A DNA stretch of 64,000 nt, taken from the NCBI GenBank assembly GCA_963575745.1, contig CAUYUJ010000193.1, positions 1 through 64,000 on the forward strand. Direction: 5' to 3'. The notes under the pieces were generated by a model. It saw only the letters and a list, made by a program, of their open reading frames with translations, was not told where the DNA came from and made no database searches. Position 1 is the first letter of the stretch. Each line of letters opens with the position of its first letter. Both the position numbers and the translations under genes were made by a program. The DNA comes from Prorocentrum cordatum. Taxonomy: Eukaryota. Shown piece after piece: positions 1 through 12,200 of the stretch.

Positions 1-83
<83 letters not shown>

Positions 84-129
84 AATGTTGTTGTTGTTGC
101 TGTTGTTGTTGTTGTTGTTGTTGTTGTTG
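1..129. repeat. (GTT)n microsatellite; second tract at 887-968
   Basis: Directly visible, near-perfect TTG repeats. Confidence 0.98.
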
Positions 130-884
130 AACATTATTAATTCTAAAGAATAATTATTGTTGGGCCCCCTGGTGCACGCCCCCCCCCCCGCGCCTAGGCC
201 GCAGCCACATTTTCATCATTTTCGTGAGGAAGTCTCAGGTAAAACGATGTCATCCAGATCCGGTTGTTTTGTTGACGCCCGCTTTCCCTTGCAAAAAACA
301 TTATAAAATGAAATTTCTTGTTCTAACATATCCAAACTTCAAGAATCCCTTGCAAAAAATAAGGTAAAGTGGACATTTGCGCGCGCAAGACGAAATCCTT
401 CCAAAACCTTAGTTTTCGTAGCGATTTTAACATAAAAACATAAAAAAAATGGTTTTTCAAAAAAATGTCAAAATTTCATCCCGCGCGCTCTTGCGGATTC
501 GTAGGAAACCCAACACTTTTTAAACATTTCTGTCAAACGGGCTTTTGCGAGCAACTTTTTCGAACTTCTGCAACAACGGTTGCGCACCTGCCAGGGCCAT
601 CATCCCTGTCAAATAATACCAAGCGGGACACATTCTTTTTTTCTTCGCGCGCGCACGCCGTCGTCGTCGGCCGCGGGGCCCTGAATAGTAGCCACGGTCG
701 TCCGCATGCCACGAAGTGAAGTGTCCGAACGTCATAGGGCGGGAAGCTGGGTGTGGGTGGTGGCGAAGAGTCGTTTGGAAATGTGGTAGAGCTTGAACCG
801 GCCCCCCCACAAAGTGGGGGTATTGGCGGGCGTCGTATGAAAACCCTGGCACTGGTGAGAACGGAGTGTCCCAACGTGCTAGTA

Positions 885-962
<78 letters not shown>

Positions 963-1781
963 ATTGTTGTGTTTGTTCGGTGTTTGTGTTTCCAATATAA
1001 ATTTCGGGGGCAGCACACACATCTGGAGCATCGAAAAAGGTACGGAAAGCCTGGTGACGAAGACCGACCGCAGTTCCTGTGCATTTTGAATGGGACTCGC
1101 TGTCGGTGTCGCCGCGGATGTTGTCCCTAATGAGACAGGAAGGCGCCTGCCTAGCAGCGGCTGCTGTCGATTTTGGACTGCACTCGCTGTTGGGCGTTGT
1201 ACCCATTCTTTCCGTACCCAGTTCGAGCGTCCAAGGCAAACATCGGGAGGGAGGCTCGAATCCGATTCGAGGGCCGCGTTTCACGCGCCGATCGACATGA
1301 AAAGCTTGCGTTTGATGCCGAGGCGGGTTGTAGGAGCCTGTTCATTTGACGTCGTCCAATCCCGATCTAGAATCAATCAACAAGATTCGGACGATGACAT
1401 GGGAGGTGGGCAGGGGGCAACGACAGAGCAGGGCTCGAGGCCTCGAGACTCGAAGTTCGTTGTGCGAGGCTCTCGGCGCGTGCGCCCCGCCGAGAGCTTT
1501 CCAGGAATGCCCGACTCGTCCCGAACGGCCGCCAGGGAGCCGAGCTGGGATCCGAAAGCCGGGGGGGCAGCCTCAGGGCATGGACTGCTTGAGGCGGGGA
1601 AGCATGGGCCCCCCATCGCCCATGCCTCGCCAGTCGGGCCCGGGGTGCCCCGGCCCCGGCCAGGAACGTGGATGTTCGCCATCGGGGGCCTATTGCCGAT
1701 CTACCGGCGATGTGTTGCCGATTCCAGGACATTTCCTCCCCCCCACTAGCCAGCCCCATACTCTATCGTTCTCCTTCAGAG

Positions 1782-1952
1782 GTGGATGCGGCTGGGGACC
1801 GAGGTGAAAGGCAAAGGATCGAGGACCCTGGGCATGCGTGCCCCCTTGTTTGTCAGAACTTCTACTCGGTGTTGTACACATTTGCTGCGATGATATTCAT
1901 CGCCTTTCGCAGGCTATTGCTGTTCTCGCCCGCATATCGTGGTTGAGTTGAG
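1782..1952 (+). CDS. Two candidate micro-exons (1782-1810, 1913-1952) of an unidentified host gene
   Basis: AG|G acceptors, a GC donor at 1811 and a GA donor at 1953 (non-canonical donors are known in dinoflagellates). Spliced reading WMRLGTEVKGYCCSRPHIVVELR is open. No homology recognised. Confidence 0.3.
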
Positions 1953-2117
1953 GAGGGAGAGGGGGGAGAAGGAGAATGAAGAGTCCTTGCCGCCTCTGCC
2001 ACCGCTCCTCCTGCTCCTCCATCTCGTGACTGCAGCCATGCTTGTCCCGCCCCCCAGCGGTCGCGGAGCCTCTGGCGTTGCGGTCGGTTCTAAGCAAAAC
2101 TGCGGTTTTCAGCGCAA

Positions 2118-3560
2118 CTGCGATCTGCGAAACCGTCGCCACTTTCGAGTGCTGCTGGTGGGTCCTGCGGAGTGAGGCACCGCGCGGATCTGAGCGGGAC
2201 CTCGCCGTCCCTAGGGGGCTGTGATCTGAGGGCTGCTGGTGGTTCCTGCGGAATGAGGCACCGCGCGGATCTGAGCGGGACCTCGCCGTCCCTGGGTGGC
2301 TGCGATCTGCGAAACTGTCGCCACTTTCGAGGGCTGCTGGTGGGTCCTGCGGAGTGAGGCACCGCGCGGATCTGAGCGGGACCTCGCCGTCCCTGGGTGG
2401 CTGCGATCTGCGAAACTGTCGCCACTTTCGAGGGCTGCTGGTGGGTCCAGCGGAGTGAGGCACCGCGCGGATCTGAGCGGGACCTCGCCGTCCCTGGGTG
2501 GCTGCGATCTGCGAAACTGTCGCCACTTTCGAGGGCTGCTGGTGGGTCCTGCGGAGTGAGGCACCGCGCAAGTGTGAGCGGGACCTTGCCGTCCCTGAGG
2601 GGCTGCGATCTGCGAAACTGTCGCCAGTTTGGAGGGCTGCTGGTGGGTCCTGCGGAGTGAGGCACCGCGCAAGTGTGAGCGGGACCTTGTCGTCCCTGAA
2701 GGGCTGGGATCTGCGAAACTGTCGCCACTTTGGAGGGCTGCTGGATGGGTCCAGCGGAGTGGAGGCACCGCGCGATCTGACGGGACCTCGCCGTCCCTGG
2801 GGGGCTGCGATCTGCGAAACTGTCGCCTCTTTCGAGGGCTGCTGGTGGGTCCAGCGGAGTGAGGCACCGCGCAGACCTGAGCGGGACCTCGTCGTCCCTG
2901 GGGGGCTGCGATCTGCGAAACTGTCGCCACGTTCGAGGGCTGCTGGTGGGTCCAGCGGAGTGAGGCACCCGCGTAGATCTGAGCGGGACCTCGCCGTCCC
3001 TGGGGGGCTACACTCTGCGAAACTGTCGCCACTTTCGAGTGCTGCTGGTGGGTCCTGCGGAGTGAGGCACCGCGCAGATCTGAGCGGGATCTCGCCGTCC
3101 CTGGGGGGCTGCGATCTGCGAAACCGTCGCAACTTTCGAGGTCTGCTTGAGGGGCCAGCATAGCGATCTGCGGAACTGTCGCCACTTTCGAAGGTTGCTG
3201 GCGGGTCTAGCGGAGTGAGGCACTGCGCAGATCTGAGCGGGACCTCGCCGTCCTTGGGGGGCTGCGATCTGCGACATTGTCGCCACTTTCGAGGGCTGCT
3301 GGTGGGTCCAGCGGAGTGAGGCACCGCGCGGATCTGAGCGGGACCTCGCCGTCCCTGGGGGCCTGCGACCTGCGAAACTGTCGCGACTTTCGAGGGCTGC
3401 TGGTGGGTCCTGCGGAGTGAGGCACCGCGCGGATCTGAGCGGGACCTCGCCGTCCCTGGGGGGCTGCGATCTGCGAAACGGTCGCCGCTTTCGAGGGCTG
3501 CTGGCGGGTTCAGCGGAGCGAGGCACCAGGCAGATCTGAGCGAGGCATCGCAATCCTTGG
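2118..3560. repeat. 101-bp tandem satellite, ~14 copies
   Basis: Unit ctgcgatctgcgaaactgtcgccactttcgagggctgctggtgggtcc...gtccctgggtgg starts at 2300, 2401, 2502, 2603, 2704, 2805, 2906 and onward. Confidence 0.97.
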
Positions 3561-3699
3561 GGGGCCGCGAGCCTCACGACTGCCGCTCGCAGAAGCATGT
3601 GCGCCCATGTCACGTCATCACCTCCGTATAACGTCTCCCAAGCTACTCGTGCCCCGCACTGCGCAGGGGTTGGGTACGTCGCCGGGGTGATTCACATTC

Positions 3700-3930
3700 G
3701 GACTCGCTCACAGTCAGAGTCCACAGTCGCAGTCAGTCACACTCAGACGCACTCGTGCTCAGACTCACTCTCGCTCAGACTCAACACCCAGGCTCACTCA
3801 TAGTCATACTACTCATGCTCAGATGCACTCAGGCTCAGATGCGCCCACGCTCAGAGTATCTTCTCTGGTCAGACTCCTAGGCATTCAGAGTCACTTAGAT
3901 TCAGAGTCACTCGCAGTCAGATTTACTCGC
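3700..3930. repeat. Degenerate (ACTCAG)n low-complexity tract
   Basis: Recurrent actcag/agtcac hexamers. Confidence 0.7.
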
Positions 3931-3984
3931 ACAAACCACCCACGCGGAGGCTCGCCTTGCGCTCAACTTGTGAGGACCCCTCTA

Positions 3985-4425
3985 GCGAGGCGTTGGTCTG
4001 TGCCGCCAGGGGAGGGACACTCCCCCGTTCGCGCCAAGAATGTGGGGATGTCTCAGGCGGTTTGCTTGTTTTGTGGCTTAGACTTGCCTCCTTTCAGAGC
4101 AGGTCGTGAGGACGTCTCGAGCGAGGCGCTTGTTTTCAGCACTCCAAGGGTGAGCCGCCAGGGGTAGTCCCGTTCGCGGCAAGATTTCTCGTGGCTTGAA
4201 CTTCTTTGCTTTCATAGCAGATCGTGCGGATATCTCGAGCGAGGCGCTGGTTTCAGCACCCCAGCGGGGATCCGCCCGGGGTGGGGATACTCCCCCGTTC
4301 GCGGCGCCTGTTTGGTGGCTTGGACTTCTCTGCTGTCAGATCAGATTTTGAGGATGTCTTGAGCGAAACGTTGGTTTCAGCATTCCAAGGGGGATCCGCC
4401 AATGTCGGGGACACTCCCCCGTTCG
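3985..4425 (+). repeat. Dispersed tandem-unit repeat family; related copies at ~58740-58960 (+) and ~61690-62060 (-)
   Basis: Shared motifs tctcgagcgaggcgct...ttcagca and ccgccagggg...actcccccgttcgcgccaaga. The reverse complement is seen at 61810-62050. Confidence 0.7.
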
Positions 4426-4887
4426 CAAAGCAACGCAACGCAAAGCAATGCAAATCAACGCAAAACAGTGCAAAGCAATGCACAGCATTGTAAAGCAATG
4501 TAATGCGGTGCAATTCAATGCAGAGCAATGACATTCAATGCAACGCAACGCAAAGCAACGCATAACAATGCAAAGCAATGCGAAGCATTGCAGAGTAACG
4601 CAAAGCTCTGTAATGCGATGCAAAGCGATGCGACGCACTGCAAAGCTTGGCAACGGAACGCAAAGCAATGCAGAGCAATGCAGAACAATGCAGAGCAATT
4701 CGGAGCAACGCAGAGCAACGCAGAGCAATGCAGAGCAATGCAGAGCAATGCAAACCAATGCAAAGCAATTCGACGCGATTGCAATGTAGTTCGATTGCAT
4801 TGCAATGCAACGCGACCGCAATTCAAGGCCAGTGCAAATGTGCAAAGCAATGCGACGCGATTGCAATGCAATGCGATTGCAATGCAA
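4426..4887. repeat. Degenerate pentamer repeat (GCAAT/GCAAA/GCAGA)n; similar opposite-strand tracts at ~40200-40400 and ~41340-41580
   Basis: 5-bp periodicity visible by eye. Confidence 0.85.
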
Positions 4888-5639
4888 GGGGCGGCGACGA
4901 ACGGCGGCCACGGGCGGAGACGGTGAGAACGAGCGCGGCGACCGACTCCCAAGCGCAGAAGCAGCGGCGGCGGACGGCGGCGACGGGCGGCGACGGCGAC
5001 AACAGCCAGCCGGACCGACACCCAGGCCCAGTTCCTCCTAGACCAAGCACGGACCTGTAAGTCTAAACACTTTCCTTGTTGTTTTTCCCTTGAGCTCGGC
5101 CTCCGTGGGCCATTTTCGGGGTCCAGGGCTTTCAAGCATGGATCTGGGACGAAACATGACCTTTGAGAAAGGGGTCGGGACTTCTCTGTGAGACCTTCCG
5201 ATGGTGGGCTGAGGCAGATGGGCGCGCCGCGCTGCCGATGCATCGGCGATGCGGCGTGGCCCAGAGCCCCTTCTTCTGCATCCTGTCGTCGCCGATGCGT
5301 CGCCAGTGTGTCGGCGAGGCGGCGCGATCCTCCGACCCCATCTGTTCCAGCGCTAACTTGTCCGATGCCTCTTCTCTGCCCCCTCCTGAGGAGGTCAGTA
5401 AGCCCAGTGTGTCAGGCGGTTCAATCCACACCCCTAGAATGCAAGCTCTGGCCGACCGAATTCAGGCACGATAGCAGGCCCGAATGGCAGGAGCCGCCGC
5501 CGACAGCGGCAAAACAAGATATTAACACGGTTAGGCCTCTTGAGCGCTACCTGTGGAGGCCTCCAGGGCTTCCTTCGCCATCGGAGGAGCGGGTCCAGAG
5601 GGAGGCTCGGACCGCGGAGGGCGCCGAGGATGCCGACGA

Positions 5640-6342
5640 GGATGCCGAGGAGCAGGAGGAGGAGGAGGAGGAGGAGGATGAGGAGGAGCAGGAGGGGGAG
5701 GAGGAGGAGGAGGAGGAGGAGGAGGAGGAGGAGGAGGAGGAGAGAAGGGAGGAGGAGGAGGAGGTGAGGCGGGGGGAGGGGGAATGGGGACTGGAACCAC
5801 GACGCGGCGGATAACGAAATGATAGGATGTGATGATAATGACTGAATAGAGATGGCTGATGATTATGATGATGATATGAATGAATGATGAGAATGATGAT
5901 GATTTAGGAGGAGGAGGAGGTGAGGAGGAGGGAGGAGGAGGTAGGATGATGAGAGGAGGAGGCTGAGGATGAGGAGGAGGATGAAGGATGATGATGATGA
6001 TGCTGATGATTGATAGATGCTGCTGCTCTGTGATGATGATGATGAATGATGATGATGCTGCTGAATGATGCGGATGATGATGATGAATTATGAATGATGA
6101 TGATCTGAATGATGATGATGATGATGATGATGAAGATGATGATTATGGGTTAATCTGATTATGATGTGATAGGATGTGATTGATGATGAGATGAATGGAG
6201 ATGATGATGATGATGGATGAATGATGAGGATGAATGATGATGATGATGATGATGAAGATGGGATGGTGATGGTGAGGTGGATGGTGATGATGAGATGATT
6301 ATTGTGATGCATATGAATGATGATATGATGATGCAATGATGA

Positions 6343-6373
<31 letters not shown>

Positions 6374-6760
6374 GGATGATGTAGGATGATGAGGATGATG
6401 CTGGATGATGATATGATGGATGATGATGTAGGATGAGGAGGAGGGAGGGAAGGAGGAGGAGGAGGAGGGAGGAGGGGGAGCAGGACGAGGAGGGGGCGGG
6501 GGGCAGGTAGGAGCAGGAGGAAAGGAGAGGAGAGGCGGAGGTAGGTGAGGAGGCGGAGGGGGAGGAGGCGGAGGGGGCGGAGAGGCAGGGGAGGAGCGGT
6601 GAGGCGGAGGAGGAGGCGAGGAGGCGGAGGCGGAGGCGGAGAGGGGTAGGAGAGGGGAGGAGGAGGCGGAGGAGGGAGGAGTAGGAGGATAGGAGGAGGA
6701 GGAGCAGGAGGGATGGAGGAGGCGGAGGAGGAGGAGGAGGAGGAGGAGGAGAAGGAGGAG
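5640..6760. repeat. Compound (GGA)n/(GAT)n microsatellite
   Basis: Directly visible. Confidence 0.95.
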
Positions 6761-7199
6761 GGGGCTTTCGCCTCTTTTCTCCAGGAGTTTTCTTCTGTGG
6801 CCGGGGGGGGGGGAGCGGGGAGGACGAACGACGAGCGAACGAACGAGCGACGACGAAAATACAGAGGTCCGAGCTCCAGAACACAGCTGTGCTCTAGACA
6901 CCAAAAAAGGTCAGGGGACGGTTTTCGAGCATTCTTGGAGTAATTTTGTATAATATTTTTGGAGTATTTTTGATTTTTCGCTCCGAAATCCGCCTGTAGG
7001 GGGACATGCCCGACCGGCCTCGGAAGAAAGTAGCGAGCACTCATCCAAATCCGTCTGTCAATGCCCCCCAGTGATCAATGTTTGCGGTGGGTTGGATGAG
7101 TTGCACTTCGACCGCAGTCTTCCCCGGCGCGTGCCATCTTTGAGTTTTGCGGGGCGGGGCCTGCTCAGGCCTGCCTGGGAGCCCCCCTGTCAGGAGAGC

Positions 7200-7336
7200 C
7201 TCCTTCCCCTCCCCCTCCCCCTCCCCCTCCTCCTCCCTCCTCCTCCCTCCTCCTCCTCCTCCTCCTCCTCCTCCTCCTTCTCCTCCTCCTCCTCCCCCTC
7301 CTCCTCCTCCTCCTCCTCCCCCTCCTCCTCCTCCTC
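7200..7336. repeat. (CCT)n polypyrimidine tract, 5' flank of the LINE
   Basis: Pure C/T tract abutting the SL copy. Confidence 0.95.
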
Positions 7337-7373
7337 TCCGTAGCCATTTTGGCTCAAGCCATTTTGGCTCAAG
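7337..7373 (+). other. Genomic DinoSL (TCCGTAGCCATTTTGGCTCAAG, 7337-7358) plus tandem 15-nt SL relic (CCATTTTGGCTCAAG, 7359-7373)
   Basis: Exact match to the known dinoflagellate spliced leader DCCGTAGCCATTTTGGCTCAAG. The relic starts right after the internal AG of the SL, the usual form of SL relics. Confidence 0.97.
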
Positions 7374-7528
7374 AGCTATGCACACTGGGGGCTCCGCGCC
7401 TCCGTGCCAAAACGGGATCGCTCTGTTTCCCGAGCGTGGCAAGGCTCGCTTGCGGCCTGGCAGTCTTTCTTCACTGCAGTCACGGCCTCCCTGCACAGAG
7501 GCCCGTGGCCCAGAGTCCCGCGCGCGCC

Positions 7529-8578
7529 ATGGCTCCTCGTCGGGTTGCTGCTGATGAACCTTGGATATGCAAGTCGTGTGTCCACTCAGTCACTGGCAAG
7601 CCGTGGTTCAATGCGGGAGGGACGTTGTACTGCAAGCAGTGTCAACTCCACAAGTCGGTGGTGTTCAAAGAGTACAAGCGAGGCAAAACCCCCAGCGTCC
7701 ATGCTGCGGGAGCCAAGGGCCCTAGCTCAGTCGACAAAGGCCTCGCGGCTCGTTGTGCACAGCTCGAAGAACAAATCAAGCGGCTCACCTCGGAGAAGGC
7801 CGAGCCCACGCCACCGCCACCATGGGCGCAATCACAGCCTGACGGTGCGGAAGACAAGCGCAAGCGCATCAAGGAACTGGACGGCATCATCCGCGTGCTC
7901 TCGCCTGATAAGGACGCGACGGTGCTGGCCACTTTCAAGAAGGAGAAGGAGACCTTGGAGCGGGAGTTGTTCGACGGGCGCCCGATCGAGGACCAAGCTC
8001 GGTCGTTGGCGGCCAAGCTCCAGCATGCGAGGTCCCAGGAGTCCAGCGTGCGCAAGTCGGTCGAAGAGCAGAGGGCCAAGATCCAGGAGCTGCAGGGGCA
8101 CTTGGACAAGGCTGAGGCAAAGCTCGTGGAGGCTTCCGCCGAGGTGGTCAGGCTCGAAGAGGAGACGCGCAAGGCCATGTCCCAGGCGCGCCCGCCCGAG
8201 CAGCAGCGGCCGCCCACGCTCCATGAGATGCTGCCTGGGTTCGCCGTGTCGGTGGAGCAGCTGGGGCGCGTCGCCAGCACTCTGGGCTTGGGGCCTGATC
8301 TTACTGCTGGGCTGCAAGCGATGGCGGAGACGGTCACCAAGTTGCAGCAGGCGCCGCAGGCAAAGCCACCTCCGCCTCAGACTGCAGAACCACCTGCACA
8401 AGAGCCTGATCAAGCCGAACCTCCCGACATTGAGATGGAAGAGGCAGACATGCGGGCGACGCTCAACGCGGCAGGAATCCCCACGGACGAAAGTGTCTCT
8501 GCCGAGGCGGTCACGGAAAGGTTCAAGCGGTTCCAGACGACGTACATCGAGGCGTGCAAGCGGGCTCGCAAACAATAG
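7529..8578 (+). CDS. LINE ORF1 protein: N-terminal RanBP2-like Zn finger plus long coiled coil
   Basis: ATG at 7529 (GCCATGG). WICKSC...N-x6-CKQC motif, then heptad-like E/K/Q/L-rich region. Lies upstream of ORF2; TAG at 8576-8578. Confidence 0.8.
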   Translation: MAPRRVAADEPWICKSCVHSVTGKPWFNAGGTLYCKQCQLHKSVVFKEYKRGKTPSVHAAGAKGPSSVDKGLAARCAQLEEQIKRLTSEKAEPTPPPPWAQSQPDGAEDKRKRIKELDGIIRVLSPDKDATVLATFKKEKETLERELFDGRPIEDQARSLAAKLQHARSQESSVRKSVEEQRAKIQELQGHLDKAEAKLVEASAEVVRLEEETRKAMSQARPPEQQRPPTLHEMLPGFAVSVEQLGRVASTLGLGPDLTAGLQAMAETVTKLQQAPQAKPPPPQTAEPPAQEPDQAEPPDIEMEEADMRATLNAAGIPTDESVSAEAVTERFKRFQTTYIEACKRARKQ

Positions 8579-9261
8579 CTTCGTCAGCTTTGGGCTTGGT
8601 ATCTTACTCAGTTCAGCGGCAATGACGGCAAGCAATGACGGGTCCCTTCGAAGCGGGGTATCAGCTTCATCTGCGACTTCTCCGAGGACTACGACGTCGG
8701 CGGCGTGTGCTACACCGTGGGCAAGCGCCTCTGGGGAAGATTCTGATGTTATTGGCACGCGTTGGCTACCCTCAGGGAGGCTCAATCGGCTTGCCGAGCA
8801 GAGGCCTGGGGCGGAACCCCGTGCACCGTGCACGTCACAGAGTGCGGCGTCTTCCGCGGCATCGGTAAGTGTCTCTTGGGATGAGAATGCTATTGGCACG
8901 AGTTGGCTACCCTCAGCACCGCTCACTCGGCTTGCCGAGTAGAGCGCTGAGGTGGAACCCCGTGCATCGCGTACCTCGCAGAGTGCGGCTTCTGCTTCAC
9001 AGATGGGGTGTGCTTCTTCGGCGTTCTCGGCTCCAGGAGGTGCGCATTGCTCACCGTCCGTCGTCGGCGGGCAAGCAGCATTGAGGACAACTGAGGGCGG
9101 AGAGTACCGACCGTGGGAGGCCCCTGGCCCCCACGGCACGCACCACTCACCCTCTTCGCCTCGCTGCGAGCCTGCTGCGACATTGGGCGGCAGAGGGTGC
9201 CGACCTACTGGAGCCATGGTGGGATCAAACATGGACGGGGAGTGCGACCCGTTCGAGTTTC

Positions 9262-12200
9262 TTGATGCCGATAGGGAAGCCGACGACCTTGTTCCCACTA
9301 TTTGCCCGAACCCCTTCGGAAATACGTAAGTCAGAACGCGATGAAGCTGCAGGCGCAGCTTCGTCATTTCCCTCTGCCCCCGCTGATGAACATTTGGATC
9401 TCGGGCACGGTGGCGTGAGCGTCGGGTCTGATATATCTAAGACGGGTGAGTTGGAGGGCAAATCTTCTCCACCTGCCATCGCAGGCACAATCATGTCGGT
9501 GAATGCGAGCTCGTTCGGCCCGCTGTTCGACTTTCTGGCCGTGGTGAAGGCCAAGATCATTTGCGCGCAGGAGACGAGGATCGTGGAGTCACGCCTCGGG
9601 GAGTTCCAGCACCGCGCCAAGGACCTCGGCTTCCACGGCATGTGGGCACCAGCCTTGGCGACCAACGCCAAGGGCCCGCAGGCCAACCACTGTGGGGTTG
9701 CAATCCTGGTGCCCACGAATGTGATGATCACGAAGCCTCCAGACGGCGACCCCATTATTTATCCAGGCAGAGTGGTGGCCAGCTTTGTCAATTGGGGAGT
9801 CCCTGGTGGAGTGATTGTGGTCAGTGCATACTTGGTGACAAGCACCGGTCTGACCGGTGAGAATCTTTCCATACTGTGGGCCATCGCTCAGAGAGTCGCT
9901 TTCTGGAATGCTGCGGGCTTTGACTGGATCTTAGCTGGTGACTGGAATTCTGATATAGCAGCTCTGAATGCGAGGGGGTGGATTGAGTCTCTGGCTGGGT
10001 TTCCTTACACTCCACCGTCGGCCACGTGCTGCAAGGAGGACGGCAACTCGAAGATTGACTACTTCATTGCGTGTGCAAATTTGTCGTCACGGCTCGGGAC
10101 AGCAGTGGTGGTGGACACGTACGGCACCATACCCCCTCCGCACTACCCAGTAAGCATTGATCTCCTGGGCAGCGATAGGCCAGCATGGTGTCTTGTGCCA
10201 GACGAGCCGAGGGCATTCCCAGTTACTCCTCCATGTGGGTGCGCGAGGTTCCCGTACCCGTGGGATGTTGTTGATCATATTTTCTTGGAAGTGAAGGAGG
10301 TTTCAGATCTTGCCCGAGTTTGGGACACTGTGCTTGATGGTGTCGATTTTGAGCTGGCTGGGCGCTATGACAAGGTTGACAACGATGCGATTTCTTTCGT
10401 CGGGCGTTCGGGCCCTCCACGTTTCAAGTGGAAGCTGTTGGCTTGGGAACCTCCGCGCCGTCGTACTTATCGCGAGCCAAAGGTCTATGCGTGGGCGACG
10501 GTCAAAAGATGGTGTCAGCATCTCAGGTCGGAGCGTGATCGACTGGGCAGGTTCTGTCAACGGTTACAGTTGGCTTCGGTGGTCTGCCAGCTTACGCCCC
10601 TGCAGTACACCAAGGTGCTGCAGGCTTTCTACGAGGTGGACCAGTACTGCCGTAGGATCGTCCGCGACAAGAAGACCTGCCACCACTTGGACCAGGACAC
10701 CGTCGACTTTCTGCTGCGAGGCTTGGGCATGATCGGCGACGCCGACTTCGACTCAGGTTTGGACAACATCATTCTGAAGGCCGACGCGGTGTTGAAGGCA
10801 GCGAGGTCGGACTCGGAGCAGGCCTGGCGAGGCTGGGCCAAGCAGGCGTTCCTGGGAGGGGCCAGTCAGGCCCACGCTGCCTCCAAGGTGCGCGGCAAGC
10901 AGGAGCAGCTCAACTTTGACGTGGACGCCCAGCCGTACCTGCTGGCAAACCACACCCTCGACGTGTGGGAGGGCGTCTGGCGACGCCATGACTTGTCGCC
11001 CCCAGAGCTGCCGCCAGGCCATGAGAGCTGGCCTGCTCTGCCCGGGCTCGACCACCACCAAGTGCGGGCTGCCATTCGCAAGTTTTCGACGCGTGCGGCA
11101 GCTGGGCCGAGCCATATTTCACCTAGATGCCTGGACGCTCTGTCGGACCAGGCGCTCGAGCGCATCGCCAAGATGTTTTTGCTTTTCGAGCAGTAGCTGT
11201 CCTGGCCTCCTGAGCGGGTCTACAGTGAAATGGTTCGCTTACCTAAACCAGATGGGGACACACGCTTGATTGTGTTATCTCATGCGCTGGTTCGCATTTG
11301 GGGCAAGCTCAGGAGACCAGTCTCGGCAGCGTGGCAGGCTGGCTACCAGTGCGACCAGATGTGGGGCACGAGAGCGGGCCACACGTCCACAGATTCGGCT
11401 TTCGATCATAATATTCAGCAGGAGGTGGCGGAGTTGTTGGGGGAACATACATGTACAATCTTATTAGATATGAGCAAATGTTATGATATGGTTGACCCAC
11501 ATGCGCTGCTCCGAGAAGGCCAGGCTCTTGGGTTTCCACTGCGTCTTCTTTGGCTCCTCATTCAGAGCTACCAGCAGCCCCGTCGAATAAGGGCCTTTGG
11601 GAGCGTTTCTCGAGCTTTTCGGTCCTTCCAGGGGATCCTGGCAGGGTGTACCCACGCCACATATGTCCTGTACCTGCTCACCTATAGGTCGGTGCAGAGG
11701 GTCTCGAAGGTCTCCCCCACGGTGACCCCGAGGACGCTCATGGACGATGTAGGGCTCGAGCGTACCTCCCAGGACCCCAAGGAGGCCAAGTACCTTGCGC
11801 TTGCAGCGAAGGGTTTCATCCAGGACTCCAAGGGCCTCGGCATGATCTTGAAGGCGTCGAAATCTGGGGCTGTTGCTGGTTCTCGGAAGTTCTGGAAGGG
11901 GGTGCAGCACCACATGGGCTCCATGAAGATCCCGTACAAGGGCCACATGAGGAACCTAGGTCACGAGCTCACGGGGCCCAAGGTTGTTCGGGGTATGGAA
12001 AAGAAGCGCCTCGAACAGCTTAGAGAGAGGAAGGCGAGGTTTTCCATGCTGAAGTCTGCGGTCGGCAAGGTCTCGACGGCTTTGTGGCGCACAGGCGCCC
12101 TTCCATCAGTGGCGCACGGTGCGGCAGTTGCTGGCGTAAGCGACGTTGCACTTCGAGAGCTGCGCCTTTTCGCGGCCGTCTTGAACGGCGCGCCAGGCAG

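Noticed and set aside
2118..3560. CRISPR array (also considered for the 73-bp and 88-bp arrays)
   Set aside because: Whole units repeat with no unique spacers, there are no cas genes, and the context is eukaryotic.
7337..7400. SL RNA gene, or a LINE inserted into an SL RNA gene (CRE/NeSL style)
   Set aside because: The SL is followed by a relic and the element's 5' UTR, not a GT donor and SL intron. No SL intron remainder is seen at the 3' flank.
7349..7528. ORF1 start at TTG 7349
   Set aside because: It lies inside the SL copy. ATG 7529 has a good context and directly precedes the Zn finger.
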